Shown here piece by piece: positions 37,864 through 48,892 of a stretch of DNA of 64,000 nucleotides. The stretch comes from Pseudomonadota bacterium. GTDB lineage: Archaea > Thermoplasmatota > SW-10-69-26 > JACQPN01 > JAJPHT01. The notes beneath the pieces are model-generated. The model was not told the DNA's origin. It did no database searches and saw nothing but the letters and a program-made list of their open reading frames with translations. Made by a program: the position numbers and the translations under genes. Within the stretch, counting starts at the first letter, position 1. Every line of letters starts with the position of its first letter. Location of the stretch: contig JAJPHT010000014.1 of the NCBI GenBank assembly GCA_021325135.1, positions 1 through 64,000 of the forward strand. Direction: 5' to 3'.

Positions 37864-40152
37864 GGGCTCGAAGAGGCGGCGCGCGTCGGCGACCTGCCGC
37901 GGCGTCCCCAGCAGCACCACCGCGTCCCCCTCGGCGAGGCGCAGCACGGGCGCGGGGTTGAGGATGGGCACGCCTTCGCGGCGCAGCCCGACCACCGTGG
38001 CGCCCGTCGTCTCGCGGATGCGGGAGCCGGCCAGCGTGACGCCCGCCATGGGGGAGCCGGGCGGGACTGGCACCTCCTCCACGTGGACGCCCTCGGCGGC
38101 GCCCGCGGGCCGCTGCGTCAGCGGCGCCTCGCCGGTCACGAGGCGGCGCGCGTGGTCCACCTGCTCGCGGCCCCCCAGGAGGCCCAGCACGTCGCCCGGC
38201 TCGATGAGGAGGTCGGGCGGCGGGTTGAGCACGCTGCGCCCCGCGCGCTCGTGCGTCACGATGGTGGCGCCGGTCTTCTGCGGAAGCTGGAGGTCGCGGA
38301 TGCGGCGGTTGGCGGCGCGGGAGCCGGGAGGGATGATGACGCTCTGCGCGTGCATGTCCCACGGCGCCTGCTCGCGGATGATCCGGAGCACGCGGTCGCG
38401 CGTGCCTGGCGCGTCGGCGCCGCCCAGCAGCACGACGTCCAGGGCCTTCTCGATCTGCTCGTCCAGGCGGCGCAGCGCGCCGCGCAGCAGCACGACCGCG
38501 AGCGCGACGAGGATCAGCGCGCCTGCCAGGAGCGGCAGGGGAGGGACGAACGCCGCGCCCGCGGCGAAGACGACGAGCCCCGCGAGGACCGCCAGGAAGA
38601 CGTAGAGCGTGCGGCGCAGCACGGCGGCGGCTGCGGCGCCCTGCCCGCGCGCCTCGTCGGGCGGGATGATGGCCTCGGTGAGGTGGCGCACGAGGTCGCG
38701 CACGGCGCGGGCGAGGCCGTAGAGGATGACGAGGCCCGCCAGCGCGAAGAGGGCGATGCTCGCGACGCGCGCCGCGGGGGGCGCGCCGCTGGCCACCAGG
38801 CGCCCGTCCGCGTAGGCCGCGCCCAGGCCCGAGCCCACCAGGAGGAGCACGAAGACCGCGACGCGCGCGGCGTCGGCGCGGCGCAGGCCCCCTTCGAACG
38901 CCTCGGGGCGGCCGCGGCGGCGCCGCGCGCGCTGCGCCCACGAGGAGTATGTGGAGGCGAACCCGCGCACCGAGGCGGGCGCGCGCCGCGAGAGGGCGCG
39001 CACGATGTCGTCGGAACGGCGCACAAGGGGCGGCGTCACGAGGGTCGTGAGCGCGGAGACGGCGACGGCGATGGGGAGGAGGAAGCCGTTGGTCGCGCCA
39101 AGCGTCGCGCCCTGCGAGGCGATGACGAAGCTGAACTCGCCGATCATCGCCATGCCGATGCCCACGCGCACGGCCTCCGTGGCGGGGTAGCCCGCGATGA
39201 ACGTCGCGCCGCTCACGGCGAGCAGCTTCCCCGCGATGCTCAGGACGCCCAGCGCGAGCACGGCGGGCCAGTGGGCGACCACCTGCGCGGGATCGAGAAG
39301 GATGCCCGTGGAGACGAAGAACACGGCGGTGAACACGTCCCTCAGGGGCGCGATGCGGTGCTCGACCGCGGCGGAGGCGCGCGACTCGGCGACCACCGCG
39401 CCCGCGATGAAGGCGCCCAGCGCCAGCGAGAGCCCCAGCCCCACGGCCATCATGGAGACCGCGAAGGCGAGGCCCACGGCGAGGAGCACGAGGATGGCCT
39501 CCACGCGCATCGTGGCGACGTAGTCCACGAGGCGCGGCACGACCGCGAGGCCCAGCACCAGCGCGACGGCGACGAAGACGGCCATGCGCAGCGCCAGCGC
39601 GCCCGCGACGGCGAGGCCTCCCGCCCCGCCCCCGCCCACGGAGGGGAGGACCGCCAGGAGCACGACCGCGACCAGGTCCTCCACGAGGAGGATGCCGAAG
39701 ATGACCTCGCTGCTGGCGGCGCCCGCGCGGCCCAGGTCTTGCAGCGTCTTGACGACGAGCGTCGTGGAGGAGATGGCGAGGATCGCGCCCAGCACCAGCG
39801 AGTCCGCGAGGCCCCAGCCGAAGAGGCGGCCCGCGACGAAGCCCGCGCCCACCATGAGGCTCGTCTCCAGCACGCCCGCGGTGATGGCGATGCCGCCCAC
39901 GCGGCGCAGGCGACCCAGGTGGAAGTCCAGTCCCAGGCCGAAGAGGAGGAAGACGATGCCCATCTGCGCGAGGACCGCGATGTCGCCGGGGTCGCCGATG
40001 AGCGGCACGGGCGAGGCGTGCGCGACGAGGACGCCGGCCACGAGATAGCCAAGCACCGCCGGGAGGCGCAGTCGGTGGAACGCCAGCGCGACGACGCCCG
40101 CCGTGACGAGGACGACGGCGAGGTCCCGCACTAGGGTCAGGTCCTCGGCCAC
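37837..40152 (-). CDS. CPA2 cation:proton antiporter (KefB/YbaL-like) with two TrkA-C (RCK-C) domains
   Basis: LGYLVAG, GIVFLLFGLGLDF, AISSTT, GILLVED, IGEFSF; two TGAT(I/V)V..NP domains. Confidence 0.92.
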   Translation of the reverse strand: MAEDLTLVRDLAVVLVTAGVVALAFHRLRLPAVLGYLVAGVLVAHASPVPLIGDPGDIAVLAQMGIVFLLFGLGLDFHLGRLRRVGGIAITAGVLETSLMVGAGFVAGRLFGWGLADSLVLGAILAISSTTLVVKTLQDLGRAGAASSEVIFGILLVEDLVAVVLLAVLPSVGGGGAGGLAVAGALALRMAVFVAVALVLGLAVVPRLVDYVATMRVEAILVLLAVGLAFAVSMMAVGLGLSLALGAFIAGAVVAESRASAAVEHRIAPLRDVFTAVFFVSTGILLDPAQVVAHWPAVLALGVLSIAGKLLAVSGATFIAGYPATEAVRVGIGMAMIGEFSFVIASQGATLGATNGFLLPIAVAVSALTTLVTPPLVRRSDDIVRALSRRAPASVRGFASTYSSWAQRARRRRGRPEAFEGGLRRADAARVAVFVLLLVGSGLGAAYADGRLVASGAPPAARVASIALFALAGLVILYGLARAVRDLVRHLTEAIIPPDEARGQGAAAAAVLRRTLYVFLAVLAGLVVFAAGAAFVPPLPLLAGALILVALAVVLLRGALRRLDEQIEKALDVVLLGGADAPGTRDRVLRIIREQAPWDMHAQSVIIPPGSRAANRRIRDLQLPQKTGATIVTHERAGRSVLNPPPDLLIEPGDVLGLLGGREQVDHARRLVTGEAPLTQRPAGAAEGVHVEEVPVPPGSPMAGVTLAGSRIRETTGATVVGLRREGVPILNPAPVLRLAEGDAVVLLGTPRQVADARRLFEPSGQREAPA

Positions 40153-40250
40153 GCCCCCGGTTCGCGGCGCGGCCGCAAAAGGGCGCCGGTTGGGCGGCTC
40201 CCCATCGATTCCCAAGCTTGCTTCTCCTCGCTGCGCCTCCTTCGTCGTGC

Positions 40251-40622
40251 ATGCCTCGAACCGCATCGCGGGTCGCCCTCGCGGCCCTCCTCCTGGCCCT
40301 GCTTCCGACCGCCCTCGCGCAGGACGCGCACCCCGGCGTCGCGTGCCCTCCCGGCGAGACCTGCTCCGAGAAGGCCGCCGGCGGCGTGCGCGCCGGCCCC
40401 TGCCCCACCGACGTGAACTGCACCGGCGGCACGAAGCCCGGCTCGGGCACCTGCATGGACGGCCAGCAGGGGAACGAGACCTGCGACCCCGACGTGCGCT
40501 ACCTGGGCGGCCCCTCGCCGCAGGCGGAGAGCGCGAAGAGCGTCCCCGCGGGGGGCGTCCTCGTGGTGTTCGCCGCCTTCGCGCTGGCCGTCGCCGCGGT
40601 CGCCACGCTGCGCCGCCGCTGA
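40251..40622 (+). CDS. Small Cys-rich surface protein with C-terminal VP-TM-RRR anchor
   Basis: Signal with ALA site; six Cys; VPAGGVLVVFAAFALAVAAVATLRRR. Confidence 0.65.
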   Translation: MPRTASRVALAALLLALLPTALAQDAHPGVACPPGETCSEKAAGGVRAGPCPTDVNCTGGTKPGSGTCMDGQQGNETCDPDVRYLGGPSPQAESAKSVPAGGVLVVFAAFALAVAAVATLRRR

Positions 40623-40711
40623 GCCCATGATCGCCGGGGGCGGACGCTCCGCTCCGACACTCCCTTAGCCAACAGGCGGCGCGGGGAGGCCGCCCCCGGC
40701 CTTGCCCTTCT

Positions 40712-40990
40712 TCACGCGGGCTTGAGGCGCAGCGTGACGTCGCGCAGCAGCGCGACCTCTTCGCGCCCCACGTCCACGAGCCCCGCCTTCTCCATGCGCC
40801 GCAGGTGGAAGCGCAGCCCCGTGGCGTCCAGCAGGATGCCCTCCTTCTCCAGGCGCGCCCGCAGCGCGGCCGGCGCCATGCGGCGCTCCCCCCTCAGGAT
40901 GCGCGAGATGGCGACGCGCGCCGGATGCGCCAGCCCCTCGTGGAGCGCGGCGGCCTGCTCCGGCGCGAGGTCGGCATCCAGCGAGACCAT
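40712..40990 (-). CDS. ArsR-like HTH protein
   Basis: LAHPARVAI and LRFHLRRMEKAGLV. Confidence 0.7.
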   Translation of the reverse strand: MVSLDADLAPEQAAALHEGLAHPARVAISRILRGERRMAPAALRARLEKEGILLDATGLRFHLRRMEKAGLVDVGREEVALLRDVTLRLKPA

Positions 40991-41063
40991 GCGCGCCGGA
41001 AGGGTGTACGCGCGTACAGGCCTTCCGAAAGCGTCTTCCCCGCGGGGCGGCGCTTGGCGGAGC

Positions 41064-41708
41064 ATGGACGTCATCGAGGCGCTCACGAGCAAGGACCTCC
41101 GCGCGCTGGAGGCAATGCTCCGGGAGGACCCGGCGGAGGCCGACGCGCGCACGCCCGAGGGCTTGAGCGCGCTCCAGCTGGCGTGCTATCTCCGGTTCTC
41201 GCAGGGGATCGACGCCCTCCTGCGCGCGGGCGCCCAGCCCGACGTGTTCGCCGCCGCGTGCCTGGGCGACGCGGCCCGCGTGCGCGCCCTCGTGGCGCGG
41301 GACCGCTCCCTCCTGGAGAAGCACGGCCCCGACGGCGGCGCGCCCCTGCACCTGGCCGCGCACTTCGGCCGCCTCGACGTCGTGCGCGCGCTCCTGAGCC
41401 TGGGCGCGGACCCCAACGGATTCTCCGGCGGGATGTTCAACAACGCGCCCCTCCACGCCGCGGCCGCGGGCTCCCAGGGCGAGGCCGTGGAGGTCCTCCT
41501 GGCCGCGGGCGCCAAGCCCGACCTCCCCGACAAGAACGGCTACACGCCGCTCCACGTCGCGGCGGCCAACGGCGCCGCGCGCGCCATCCGGGCGCTGCTA
41601 TCAAAAGGCGCGGACCCCAAGGCGAAGGGGCCCGACGGCAAGACCGCGCTGGACTTCGCGCGGGAGCGCGGCATGGACGAGGCCGCCGCGCTGCTCGCCT
41701 CAGCTTGA
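41064..41708 (+). CDS. Ankyrin repeat protein
   Basis: [33 protein letters not shown]. Confidence 0.92.
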   Translation: MDVIEALTSKDLRALEAMLREDPAEADARTPEGLSALQLACYLRFSQGIDALLRAGAQPDVFAAACLGDAARVRALVARDRSLLEKHGPDGGAPLHLAAHFGRLDVVRALLSLGADPNGFSGGMFNNAPLHAAAAGSQGEAVEVLLAAGAKPDLPDKNGYTPLHVAAANGAARAIRALLSKGADPKAKGPDGKTALDFARERGMDEAAALLASA

Positions 41709-42854
41709 GGGCAGCCCCAGGCTCCGCGCGATCACGAGCTGCTGGATCTCGCTCGTGCCCTCGTAGATCGTCGTGATCTTGGCGTCGCGCATGTAGCGCT
41801 CCACGGGGTAGTCCGTGGTGTAGCCGTTGCCGCCGTGGATCTGCACGGCCTCGATGGTGGCCCACTGGGCAAGCTCAGTGGCGAACCACTTGGCCTGCGC
41901 GGCCTCCTTGGTGCAGGGCAGGCCGCGGTCCTTCAGCTCCGCGGCGCGCAGGATCATCATGCGGGCGGCCTCGATGCGCGTCGCCATGTCGGCGAGCTTC
42001 CACTGCACGGCCTGGAAGGAGCCGATGGGGCGGCCGAACTGCTCGCGCTCCTTGGCGTAGCGCACGGAGGCCTCGTAGGCCGCGCGCGCGATGCCCAGCC
42101 CTTGCGCGCCGATGCCGATGCGCGAGGGGTCCAGCGCCTTCATGGCGAGCTTGAAGCCGTCCCCCTCCGCGCCGATGCGCGCGCTCTCGGGAATCCAAGC
42201 GTCCTCCAGGTGGAAGGTGGAGGTGACGCTGCCGCGGATGCCCATCTTGTGCTCCTTCGCGCCGAGGTTGAACCCCTTGGGGAAGGGCGCCGTGAGCAGG
42301 AAGCACGAGAGCCCCTTGTTGCCGGCCTTGGGGTCGGTGCGCGCCATGAGGATGACGTGCCCCGCCTCGTGGCCGTTGGTGACCCAGATCTTGGTCCCGT
42401 TGAGCTTGTAGCCGTCCCCCTCGCGGACGGCGGTGGTCTGGAGCCCTCCGGGGTCGCTGCCCGCGCTGGGCTCCGAGAGGGAGAAGCACCCGATGCGCTC
42501 GCCGCTGGCGAGCTTGGGGAACGCGTCGGCCTTCTGCGCGTCCGAGCCCTTCTCCAGCAGCGGGTAGACCGCGACGCTGGTGTGGACGCCGTAGGTCACG
42601 GCCACGCTGGCGTCCCAGTAGCCAAGCTCCTCCATGATGAGCGCGTGCGTGCGCACGGGGAGGTTCGTGCCGCCGTACTCCTCGGGGATGTTGGGCCCCA
42701 GGAGGCCGAGGTCGGCCATCTTGCGCATCTCCTCGCGGGGGAAGATGCGCTTCTCGTCGCGCTCCTTCGCCTTGGGGCCAAGCTCGCGCTCGCCGAACTC
42801 GCGCACCGTCTTGAGGATGAGGCGCTCGTCCTCGGAGAGGTCGAAGCTGGGCAT
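41700..42854 (-). CDS. Acyl-CoA dehydrogenase
   Basis: [51 protein letters not shown]. Confidence 0.95.
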   Translation of the reverse strand: MPSFDLSEDERLILKTVREFGERELGPKAKERDEKRIFPREEMRKMADLGLLGPNIPEEYGGTNLPVRTHALIMEELGYWDASVAVTYGVHTSVAVYPLLEKGSDAQKADAFPKLASGERIGCFSLSEPSAGSDPGGLQTTAVREGDGYKLNGTKIWVTNGHEAGHVILMARTDPKAGNKGLSCFLLTAPFPKGFNLGAKEHKMGIRGSVTSTFHLEDAWIPESARIGAEGDGFKLAMKALDPSRIGIGAQGLGIARAAYEASVRYAKEREQFGRPIGSFQAVQWKLADMATRIEAARMMILRAAELKDRGLPCTKEAAQAKWFATELAQWATIEAVQIHGGNGYTTDYPVERYMRDAKITTIYEGTSEIQQLVIARSLGLPSS

Positions 42855-43318
42855 CACTCGATCTCCACGAGCACGTCCTTGCCCTCGACGTTCTGCCCGG
42901 GCTTGACGTGGACCTTCTTGACGACGCCCGCCGCGGGCGCGGGGATCTCGTTCTGCATCTTCATGGCCTCCAGGATGAGGAGCACCTGCCCCTGCTGGAC
43001 CTCCTGGCCCTCCTGCACGGCGACGTTCACGATCTTGCCGGGCATGGGGGGGCGGACCCTGGCGCCGCGCGCGCCGCCCTTCTCGCCGGCCGCGCCGGCG
43101 CGGAGGTCCGCGATGCGGAAGGCCACGTGCATGCCGTTGATCTCGGCCTTGCTCTCGCCGAGCTTCACCTGGAAGGGCTTGCCGCCCAGCGTGACGACGC
43201 CGCCTTCGCCCAGCTTGGCCTCGAAGGGGGTGCCGCCCACGTCGATCTTCACGACGTCGCCCTCGCGCTGGAGCACGCATTCGTACTCCTCGCCCTCGAT
43301 CTCGATGAGGACGCGCAC
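42854..43318 (-). CDS. Biotin carboxyl carrier protein
   Basis: [17 protein letters not shown]. Confidence 0.93.
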   Translation of the reverse strand: MRVLIEIEGEEYECVLQREGDVVKIDVGGTPFEAKLGEGGVVTLGGKPFQVKLGESKAEINGMHVAFRIADLRAGAAGEKGGARGARVRPPMPGKIVNVAVQEGQEVQQGQVLLILEAMKMQNEIPAPAAGVVKKVHVKPGQNVEGKDVLVEIE

Positions 43319-43320
43319 GC

Positions 43321-44850
43321 TCAGACCCTCCTGTGGGGCATGGCCCAGGCGGGGGTCTGCGCCTCGGGGCCCGCAAGCGGCTTGGGCGCGGTCTGGCGGT
43401 GGTGGACGCCGCGGATGCCGCCGCCGGGGGCGCGCGTCAGCGCGGCCACGAGGGCGGCGGCGCGCTCGGCGCGGGCGCGGGCCGCGGCGCGCGCCTCCTC
43501 GTCCAGGGCCTCCATGAGCTTCTCGCGTCCGATGAAGCCCGTGTTGAGGTCGCCGGCCTGGAACGCCTTGTTGCGCAGCACCATGCGGTGGAAGGGGACG
43601 TTGGTCTTGAGGTCGCCCTCGATGACGAGCTCGTCGAGCGCGCGCTGCATGCGCTCGATGTCGTCGTGCCGCGTCTCGGCGGTGGTGATGAGCTTCATCA
43701 CCATGCTATCATACGTGGAGGGGATAGTGAAGCCCTCCTCGATGCCGTCGTCCACGCGCACGCCGGGGCCCGCGGGGCGGCGCAGCCGCTTCACCAGGCC
43801 GGGCGCGGGCGCGAACTGGTTGTACGCGTCCTCCGCGTTGATGCGAAGCTCCAGCGCGTGGCCGCGCAGCTTCACGTCGGACTGCTTGATGGTGAGCTTC
43901 TCGCCCGAGGCGACGCGCAGCTGCCACTTCACGAGGTCGACGCCCGTGACCAGCTCCGTCACCGGGTGCTCCACCTGGAGGCGCGTGTTCATCTCCATGA
44001 AGTAGAACTGGCCGTCCTTGTAGAGGAACTCCATGGTGCCGGCCGCGGAGTAGCCGACGCTCTTGGCCAGCGCGACGCAGCGCTCGCCGATCTCGTGGCG
44101 CTGCTCGGGCGTGATGGCGGGGGAGGGGCTCTCCTCCAGGAGCTTCTGGTTGCGGCGCTGGATGCTGCATTCGCGCTCGCCCAGGTAGACGACGTGCCCG
44201 TGCTCGTCGCCCAGAATCTGGAACTCGATGTGGCGCGGGTCGGTCACGAACTTCTCGATGAAGACCTCGTCCGAGCCGAAGGCGCTGGCGGCCTGCGCGC
44301 TGGCGTCGCGCACGGCCTTCTCCAGCTCCTCCATGGTGTGGACGACGCGCATGCCCATGCCGCCGCCGCCGTGGACGGCCTTCACGATGACGGGCAGGCC
44401 GATCTTCTCGACGACCTTGCGCGCGTCGCCGGGGTGGACCGCGCCGTCGGACGCGGGGGCCACGGGCACGCCTGCCTTGATGGCGTTGCGCTTCGCGCTG
44501 ACCTTGTCGCCCATGGCGTCCATGGCCTTCGAGTTGGGGCCGATGAACTTGACGCCGGCCTTCTCGCACATGCGCACGAAGTCGCTCTTCTCCGAGAGGA
44601 AGCCGTAGCCGGGGTGGATGCCGTCGGCTCCGGTGTCCTTGGCCGCCTTGAGGATCTTCTCCTTGACGAGGTAGCTCTGGAGCGAGGGCGCGGGGCCCAG
44701 GAGCACGGCCTCGTCGGCCATCTTCACGTGGGGCGCGCGGGCGTCGGCCTCGGAGTAGACGGCGACCGTGCCGATGCCCATCTCCTTGCAGGCCCGGAAG
44801 ACGCGCACCGCGATCTCGCCGCGGTTCGCCACGAGGACCTTCTCGAACAT
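43321..44850 (-). CDS. accC: Biotin carboxylase subunit of acyl-CoA carboxylase
   Basis: [48 protein letters not shown]. Confidence 0.95.
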   Translation of the reverse strand: MFEKVLVANRGEIAVRVFRACKEMGIGTVAVYSEADARAPHVKMADEAVLLGPAPSLQSYLVKEKILKAAKDTGADGIHPGYGFLSEKSDFVRMCEKAGVKFIGPNSKAMDAMGDKVSAKRNAIKAGVPVAPASDGAVHPGDARKVVEKIGLPVIVKAVHGGGGMGMRVVHTMEELEKAVRDASAQAASAFGSDEVFIEKFVTDPRHIEFQILGDEHGHVVYLGERECSIQRRNQKLLEESPSPAITPEQRHEIGERCVALAKSVGYSAAGTMEFLYKDGQFYFMEMNTRLQVEHPVTELVTGVDLVKWQLRVASGEKLTIKQSDVKLRGHALELRINAEDAYNQFAPAPGLVKRLRRPAGPGVRVDDGIEEGFTIPSTYDSMVMKLITTAETRHDDIERMQRALDELVIEGDLKTNVPFHRMVLRNKAFQAGDLNTGFIGREKLMEALDEEARAAARARAERAAALVAALTRAPGGGIRGVHHRQTAPKPLAGPEAQTPAWAMPHRRV

Positions 44851-45015
44851 GACGTCGCGCGGAACCTTGGGGTGGGGGATAAACGTTGGGGGCTCCCGCG
44901 GAGGGGCGGACGTGAGCCCAGGAGCGAGACGCAAGGCGAGTGGGCCCCGACGAACGGAGCCCCCGGCGATCCCCGAAACCCTCATCAACGGGGTCCCCTT
45001 CTGCGCCGCATCCCC

Positions 45016-45384
45016 ATGGCCAAGTCCAAGCGCGAAGAGGCCGCAGAAGCCAAGGACGACGGCTACGAGTTCAAGCTCCCCGACTTCGACGAGAAAGCTT
45101 TCGTGCGTCGCGAGGTGCTGGGCGCCCGGGCGTCGTTCATCGCGCTGGGCATCGGCGCCGGGGGCGGGGCGCTGGCCGCGCTCCTCTGGTTCGTCCTGCC
45201 CCAATCCCTCTGGTACGTCGGCTGGCTGCCCATCCTCGCGGCGTCGCTGGGCCTGCGCAAGGTGCTCCAGGCCATGGGCTACCCGGAGGACCTGACCTCG
45301 CTGCGCGCCGCCTTCGGCTCCATGACCATGGTCTTCTTCACGGGCCTCGCGGTCTGGATCCTGGGCGTCAACCTCCCCCTCTGA
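45016..45384 (+). CDS. Conserved-looking 3-TM membrane protein
   Basis: YEFKLPDFDEKAFVRRE followed by three TMs. Confidence 0.7.
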   Translation: MAKSKREEAAEAKDDGYEFKLPDFDEKAFVRREVLGARASFIALGIGAGGGALAALLWFVLPQSLWYVGWLPILAASLGLRKVLQAMGYPEDLTSLRAAFGSMTMVFFTGLAVWILGVNLPL

Positions 45385-45391
45385 GGTGCGC

Positions 45392-45886
45392 ATGGACGAG
45401 ACGCGGCGCCGGACGCTCTCCCTGGCCATCCTGGCCGCGGCCGCGCTCCTCCTCGTCGCGGGCGTCGCGGTCTACCTCGTGCGCGGCGCGGAGGCCCGCT
45501 CGGCCTACCTGGCCCTCGTCGTGGTGCTGCTCCTCCTGGGCCTCGCGCAGGCGTACCTCCTCTTCGCGAAGCGCGTCGCGCAGGCCATGGCGCCCAAGGA
45601 GGAGTACCTCCTGGCCGACGAGTCGCCGGTCCTGGAGGAGGACGTCTACGACGTGAAGTGCGGAAGCTGCGGCACCGAGTTCCGCGTCCCCGACACGCTC
45701 CAGCGCCCCCTCCTCGCCCACTGCCCGGTCTGCGGCGCCGAGGGGATCGTCCCCCTGCGGAGGCCCGCCAAGGAGGTCCGCCTCCGCTGCCCCCGCTGCC
45801 AGAGGGTGAACGCGGTCGCGGACGACGGCTCCCGGCCCCTCCGGGCGCGGTGCGCTGGCTGCTCTGCCATGCTGGCCGTGCGCTGA
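45392..45886 (+). CDS. 2-TM protein with four CxxC motifs (double zinc ribbon)
   Basis: CGSCG, CPVCG, CPRC, CAGC. Confidence 0.75.
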   Translation: MDETRRRTLSLAILAAAALLLVAGVAVYLVRGAEARSAYLALVVVLLLLGLAQAYLLFAKRVAQAMAPKEEYLLADESPVLEEDVYDVKCGSCGTEFRVPDTLQRPLLAHCPVCGAEGIVPLRRPAKEVRLRCPRCQRVNAVADDGSRPLRARCAGCSAMLAVR

Positions 45887-46003
45887 AGCCACCCATCAAC
45901 GCCAGGATCAACGGGTGATCCACAAATTCGCGCTGTTGTCCTGCGGGGCTGTGGCAAATCCTTATCCTCGCACGTTCGTTGGAGCGTTCTAGAGCGGAAC
46001 TCT

Positions 46004-46291
46004 ATGCTGGGAGGGAAGCGGAGCGACGTGGCCATCACGCTGGACATCCTGCGCCTCGTCCGGAAGGGCGAGAAGAAGACGCGGATCATGTACGGCGCGA
46101 ACCTCTCCTACGAGATGCTGACCCGCTACCTGGACTTCCTCACGGAGCGCGCCTTCATCCAGGCCGACGCGGCCACCGGCGCCTTCCGCGTCACCGACCG
46201 CGGGGCCTCCCTCATGGCCGACCTGGAGCGCGTCCACCGCCACTTCGAGCCCGCCGAGCGCGGGGACGCCGTCCTCAACGTCCGCATGTAG
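46004..46291 (+). CDS. Archaeal winged-helix regulator (HTH_45/COG3432-like)
   Basis: KRS..I..DIL, KKTRIMYGANLSY..L..YL..L, VTDRG. Confidence 0.88.
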   Translation: MLGGKRSDVAITLDILRLVRKGEKKTRIMYGANLSYEMLTRYLDFLTERAFIQADAATGAFRVTDRGASLMADLERVHRHFEPAERGDAVLNVRM

Positions 46292-46326
46292 GCCTGGCGA
46301 ACGCGCGTACAACGCCTGAGATAAGC

Positions 46327-47253
46327 ATGCCCACCCAGACCGGCGACGGGAATCGCGTGGGCGCCTCGACCCAGTTCCACGTCGTCGACAGCAAGGACCA
46401 CAGGCCGCTCTCCCCCATGGCCGTCCTGGGCCGCGGCACCGCCCCCACGCTGGAGGGGCGCCTGGCGCGCACGCCCTTCGCCCGCACCTGGCCCACCATG
46501 GCGGCCCTCTTCGCGGTCATCCTCGTGGGCGAGGTCTCGCAGGTCATCCCCTTCCTGGGCGCGCGCTGGGCCGTCGTGTTCCACGGCCTCGCCCTCGTCC
46601 TCCTGGGCACGCACGCCCCCCTGGTGCGGCGCCTCAACGCGCCCCTCGCGCGCCTCGAGGTGGCCATGCTCCCGGTGCCCCTCATCCGCATCGTCTCCCT
46701 CACGAGCCCGCTGGCCACCTTCTCGTACATCCAGTGGTTCTCCATCCTCGCGGTGATCCTGTACGCAGGCATCGTCGCCTCCATCCGCCTGCTGAAGCCC
46801 CAGATGGCCAGCATCGGCCTCCGGCTCCCCGAGAAGAAGCACATCCCCATCGAGGTGGGCATCGCCCTCTTCGGCTTCGTCCTGGGCTACACCGAGTGGC
46901 ACATCCTCAAGCCCGGCTCCCTGGTGCCCAGCCTCAGCCTGCGCAGCCTCGCCGCGCCCATCGTCATCCTCTTCGTCTCCACCGGGCTCCTGGAGGAGCT
47001 TCTCTTCCGCGGCCTCCTCCAGCGCTACGCCGGCCAGGCCGTGGGCGCCCTCCCGGGCATCCTCTTCGTGAGCCTCCTCTTCGCCGTCCTCCACACGGGC
47101 TGGGAGAGCTGGCTGGACGTCCTCTTCGTGGGCTCCGTCGGCCTGGGGTACAGCCTCATCGTCCGCAAGACGGGAAGCCTCCTGGGTGTCTCCATCAGCC
47201 ACGGCATCACCAACGCCATGCTGTTCCTCATCATGCCGACCCTGCGGTTCTGA
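46327..47253 (+). CDS. CPBP family intramembrane glutamic endopeptidase
   Basis: EELLFRG, LFAVLH, SHGITN. Confidence 0.92.
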   Translation: MPTQTGDGNRVGASTQFHVVDSKDHRPLSPMAVLGRGTAPTLEGRLARTPFARTWPTMAALFAVILVGEVSQVIPFLGARWAVVFHGLALVLLGTHAPLVRRLNAPLARLEVAMLPVPLIRIVSLTSPLATFSYIQWFSILAVILYAGIVASIRLLKPQMASIGLRLPEKKHIPIEVGIALFGFVLGYTEWHILKPGSLVPSLSLRSLAAPIVILFVSTGLLEELLFRGLLQRYAGQAVGALPGILFVSLLFAVLHTGWESWLDVLFVGSVGLGYSLIVRKTGSLLGVSISHGITNAMLFLIMPTLRF

Positions 47254-47314
47254 AGCAGTCCTCCAGAATCCTTATGATGGCTGAGTGGGTCGTCGCGCCA
47301 GTAGAGGCTGGAGC

Positions 47315-48640
47315 ATGGCCCCTGTCACCCCCAAGAAGATGACCCTCGCTGCGACGGGCACGGCCCTCCTGGCGTTCCTGCTGATCGTCCCGACCGTCCT
47401 CGTCGCCTCGGGCGCGCTCGGCCAGAACAACCCCCTCTGCGCGGCGACGGGCTACTGCGCCACGGTCCCCTCCTCCACCGGGAGCACGGGCGCCATCACC
47501 GCCGGTGGCGGCGTCGGCAACCTCGCCGCCGGCCAGTCGGCCACCATCGTCATCGGCCAGCCCACCTCCGCGCCCCTGGAAACCGCGTCGGTCATCCCCG
47601 ACTCGGTCATCAACAACCTCATCTCCAGCCCGGCCACGCTCACCGCGACGCTCAACGACCCCGCCCAGCTCCAGCAGCTCGCGACCGCGCCCGCCGCGCT
47701 CCAGACCCTCCTGGCCAACGCGGACGCCCGCCAGGCCATCCTCTCCAATGCCGACGCCCTCAACGCCATCCTCGGCTCCGGCCTGGGCGCCAGCGCGGCC
47801 CTCCAGAACGACGCGGTCCGCAGCGCCGTCGTGAGCCAGCTGGGCTCCAACGCGCAGCTCACCGCCACCGTCGCCTCCAACCCCGCGGCCCTCACCTCCC
47901 TGCTCCAGGACAGCGGCGCCGCCAGCACCCTCATCAACCAGGTGACGACCAACTCCGCCGTCCTCGACGCGCTCTCCCACAACACCGCGGCCGTGGGCGC
48001 CCTGCTCCAGAACGACGCCGCGCGCCAGGCCATCACCTCCAACGCGCAGGTCCTCAACACGATCCTCCAGAACGTCCTCAACGACCAGCACGTCAGCGCG
48101 GTGGACATCACCGCGGGCCAGGCCGGCTCCAACGTGCAGGTCAACGTCAAGGAGTACCTGCCCAACGACCCCACCCAGAGCGCGGTCAACTCCCCCGAGG
48201 GCAGCAGCCTCGCCCACATCACGCTCCAGGTCGCGACCCCCGACGCGGGCGGCGCCACCAGCTTCGCCGCCATGAAGGTGCTGGACATCAGCACGAGCCT
48301 CGGCGCGGGCGGCGTCTCCGCGGCCACGGTGACCTTCAAGGTGACCCAGGCCGAGCTCCTCGCCATGGGCAAGAGCACGGCCGACATCCGCCTGCTCCAC
48401 CAGGTCAACGGCCAGTGGGTCCCCCTGCCCACGACGCTGGTCAGCGGCCCCGACGCCTCGGGCACGTACACCTTCAGCGCCCAGACGCCCAGCTTCTCCT
48501 ACTTCGCCATCGCGGCCGCCCAGCCCGTGCAGAGCACGAGCGCGGGCTTCGCCGGCCTCGGCGTCGCGCTGCTGATCCTCGGCGTCCTCGCCGTGATCGC
48601 CATCGTGGCCGTGCTCGTGATGAAGAAGAAGCAGGCGTAA
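47315..48640 (+). CDS. Surface protein with helical N/Q/A-rich repeats, PGF-pre-PGF domain and C-terminal anchor
   Basis: ATVTFKV..IRLLH..W..LPT..YTFSAQTPSFSYFAI; AGF + TM + KKK. Confidence 0.8.
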   Translation: MAPVTPKKMTLAATGTALLAFLLIVPTVLVASGALGQNNPLCAATGYCATVPSSTGSTGAITAGGGVGNLAAGQSATIVIGQPTSAPLETASVIPDSVINNLISSPATLTATLNDPAQLQQLATAPAALQTLLANADARQAILSNADALNAILGSGLGASAALQNDAVRSAVVSQLGSNAQLTATVASNPAALTSLLQDSGAASTLINQVTTNSAVLDALSHNTAAVGALLQNDAARQAITSNAQVLNTILQNVLNDQHVSAVDITAGQAGSNVQVNVKEYLPNDPTQSAVNSPEGSSLAHITLQVATPDAGGATSFAAMKVLDISTSLGAGGVSAATVTFKVTQAELLAMGKSTADIRLLHQVNGQWVPLPTTLVSGPDASGTYTFSAQTPSFSYFAIAAAQPVQSTSAGFAGLGVALLILGVLAVIAIVAVLVMKKKQA

Positions 48641-48764
48641 GCCGAACGCTTCCCGGGCGCGGTCGCCGCGCCCGCTCTTCTCCTTCTCCCAGGCTCCTTT
48701 TCTGCAACCCCTTTTGGATCCCCAGCGGGAGCCATGTCGCGTGGGGCTGGAGAGGCAGCGGGGA

Positions 48765-48840
48765 GGCGGCCCGGGTCACGTGACCGGTCACGTGACGCAA
48801 CGCCGCGAGTCACGTGACCGGTCACGTGACCCGGGCCGCC
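48765..48840. promoter_or_regulatory. Nested palindrome: perfect 32-bp arms, 12-nt spacer, four GTCACGTGAC boxes
   Basis: Boxes at 48775, 48787, 48809 and 48821; arms at 48765-48796 and 48809-48840. Confidence 0.8.
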
Positions 48841-48892
48841 CGTTGGGTGATTCCCGGAGAAGAGCCAAGTCTTCCTCAACCCTCCATGGCGC

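Noticed and set aside
48765-48840. CRISPR-like array
   Set aside because: 10-12 bp units without unique spacers; no cas genes in the window
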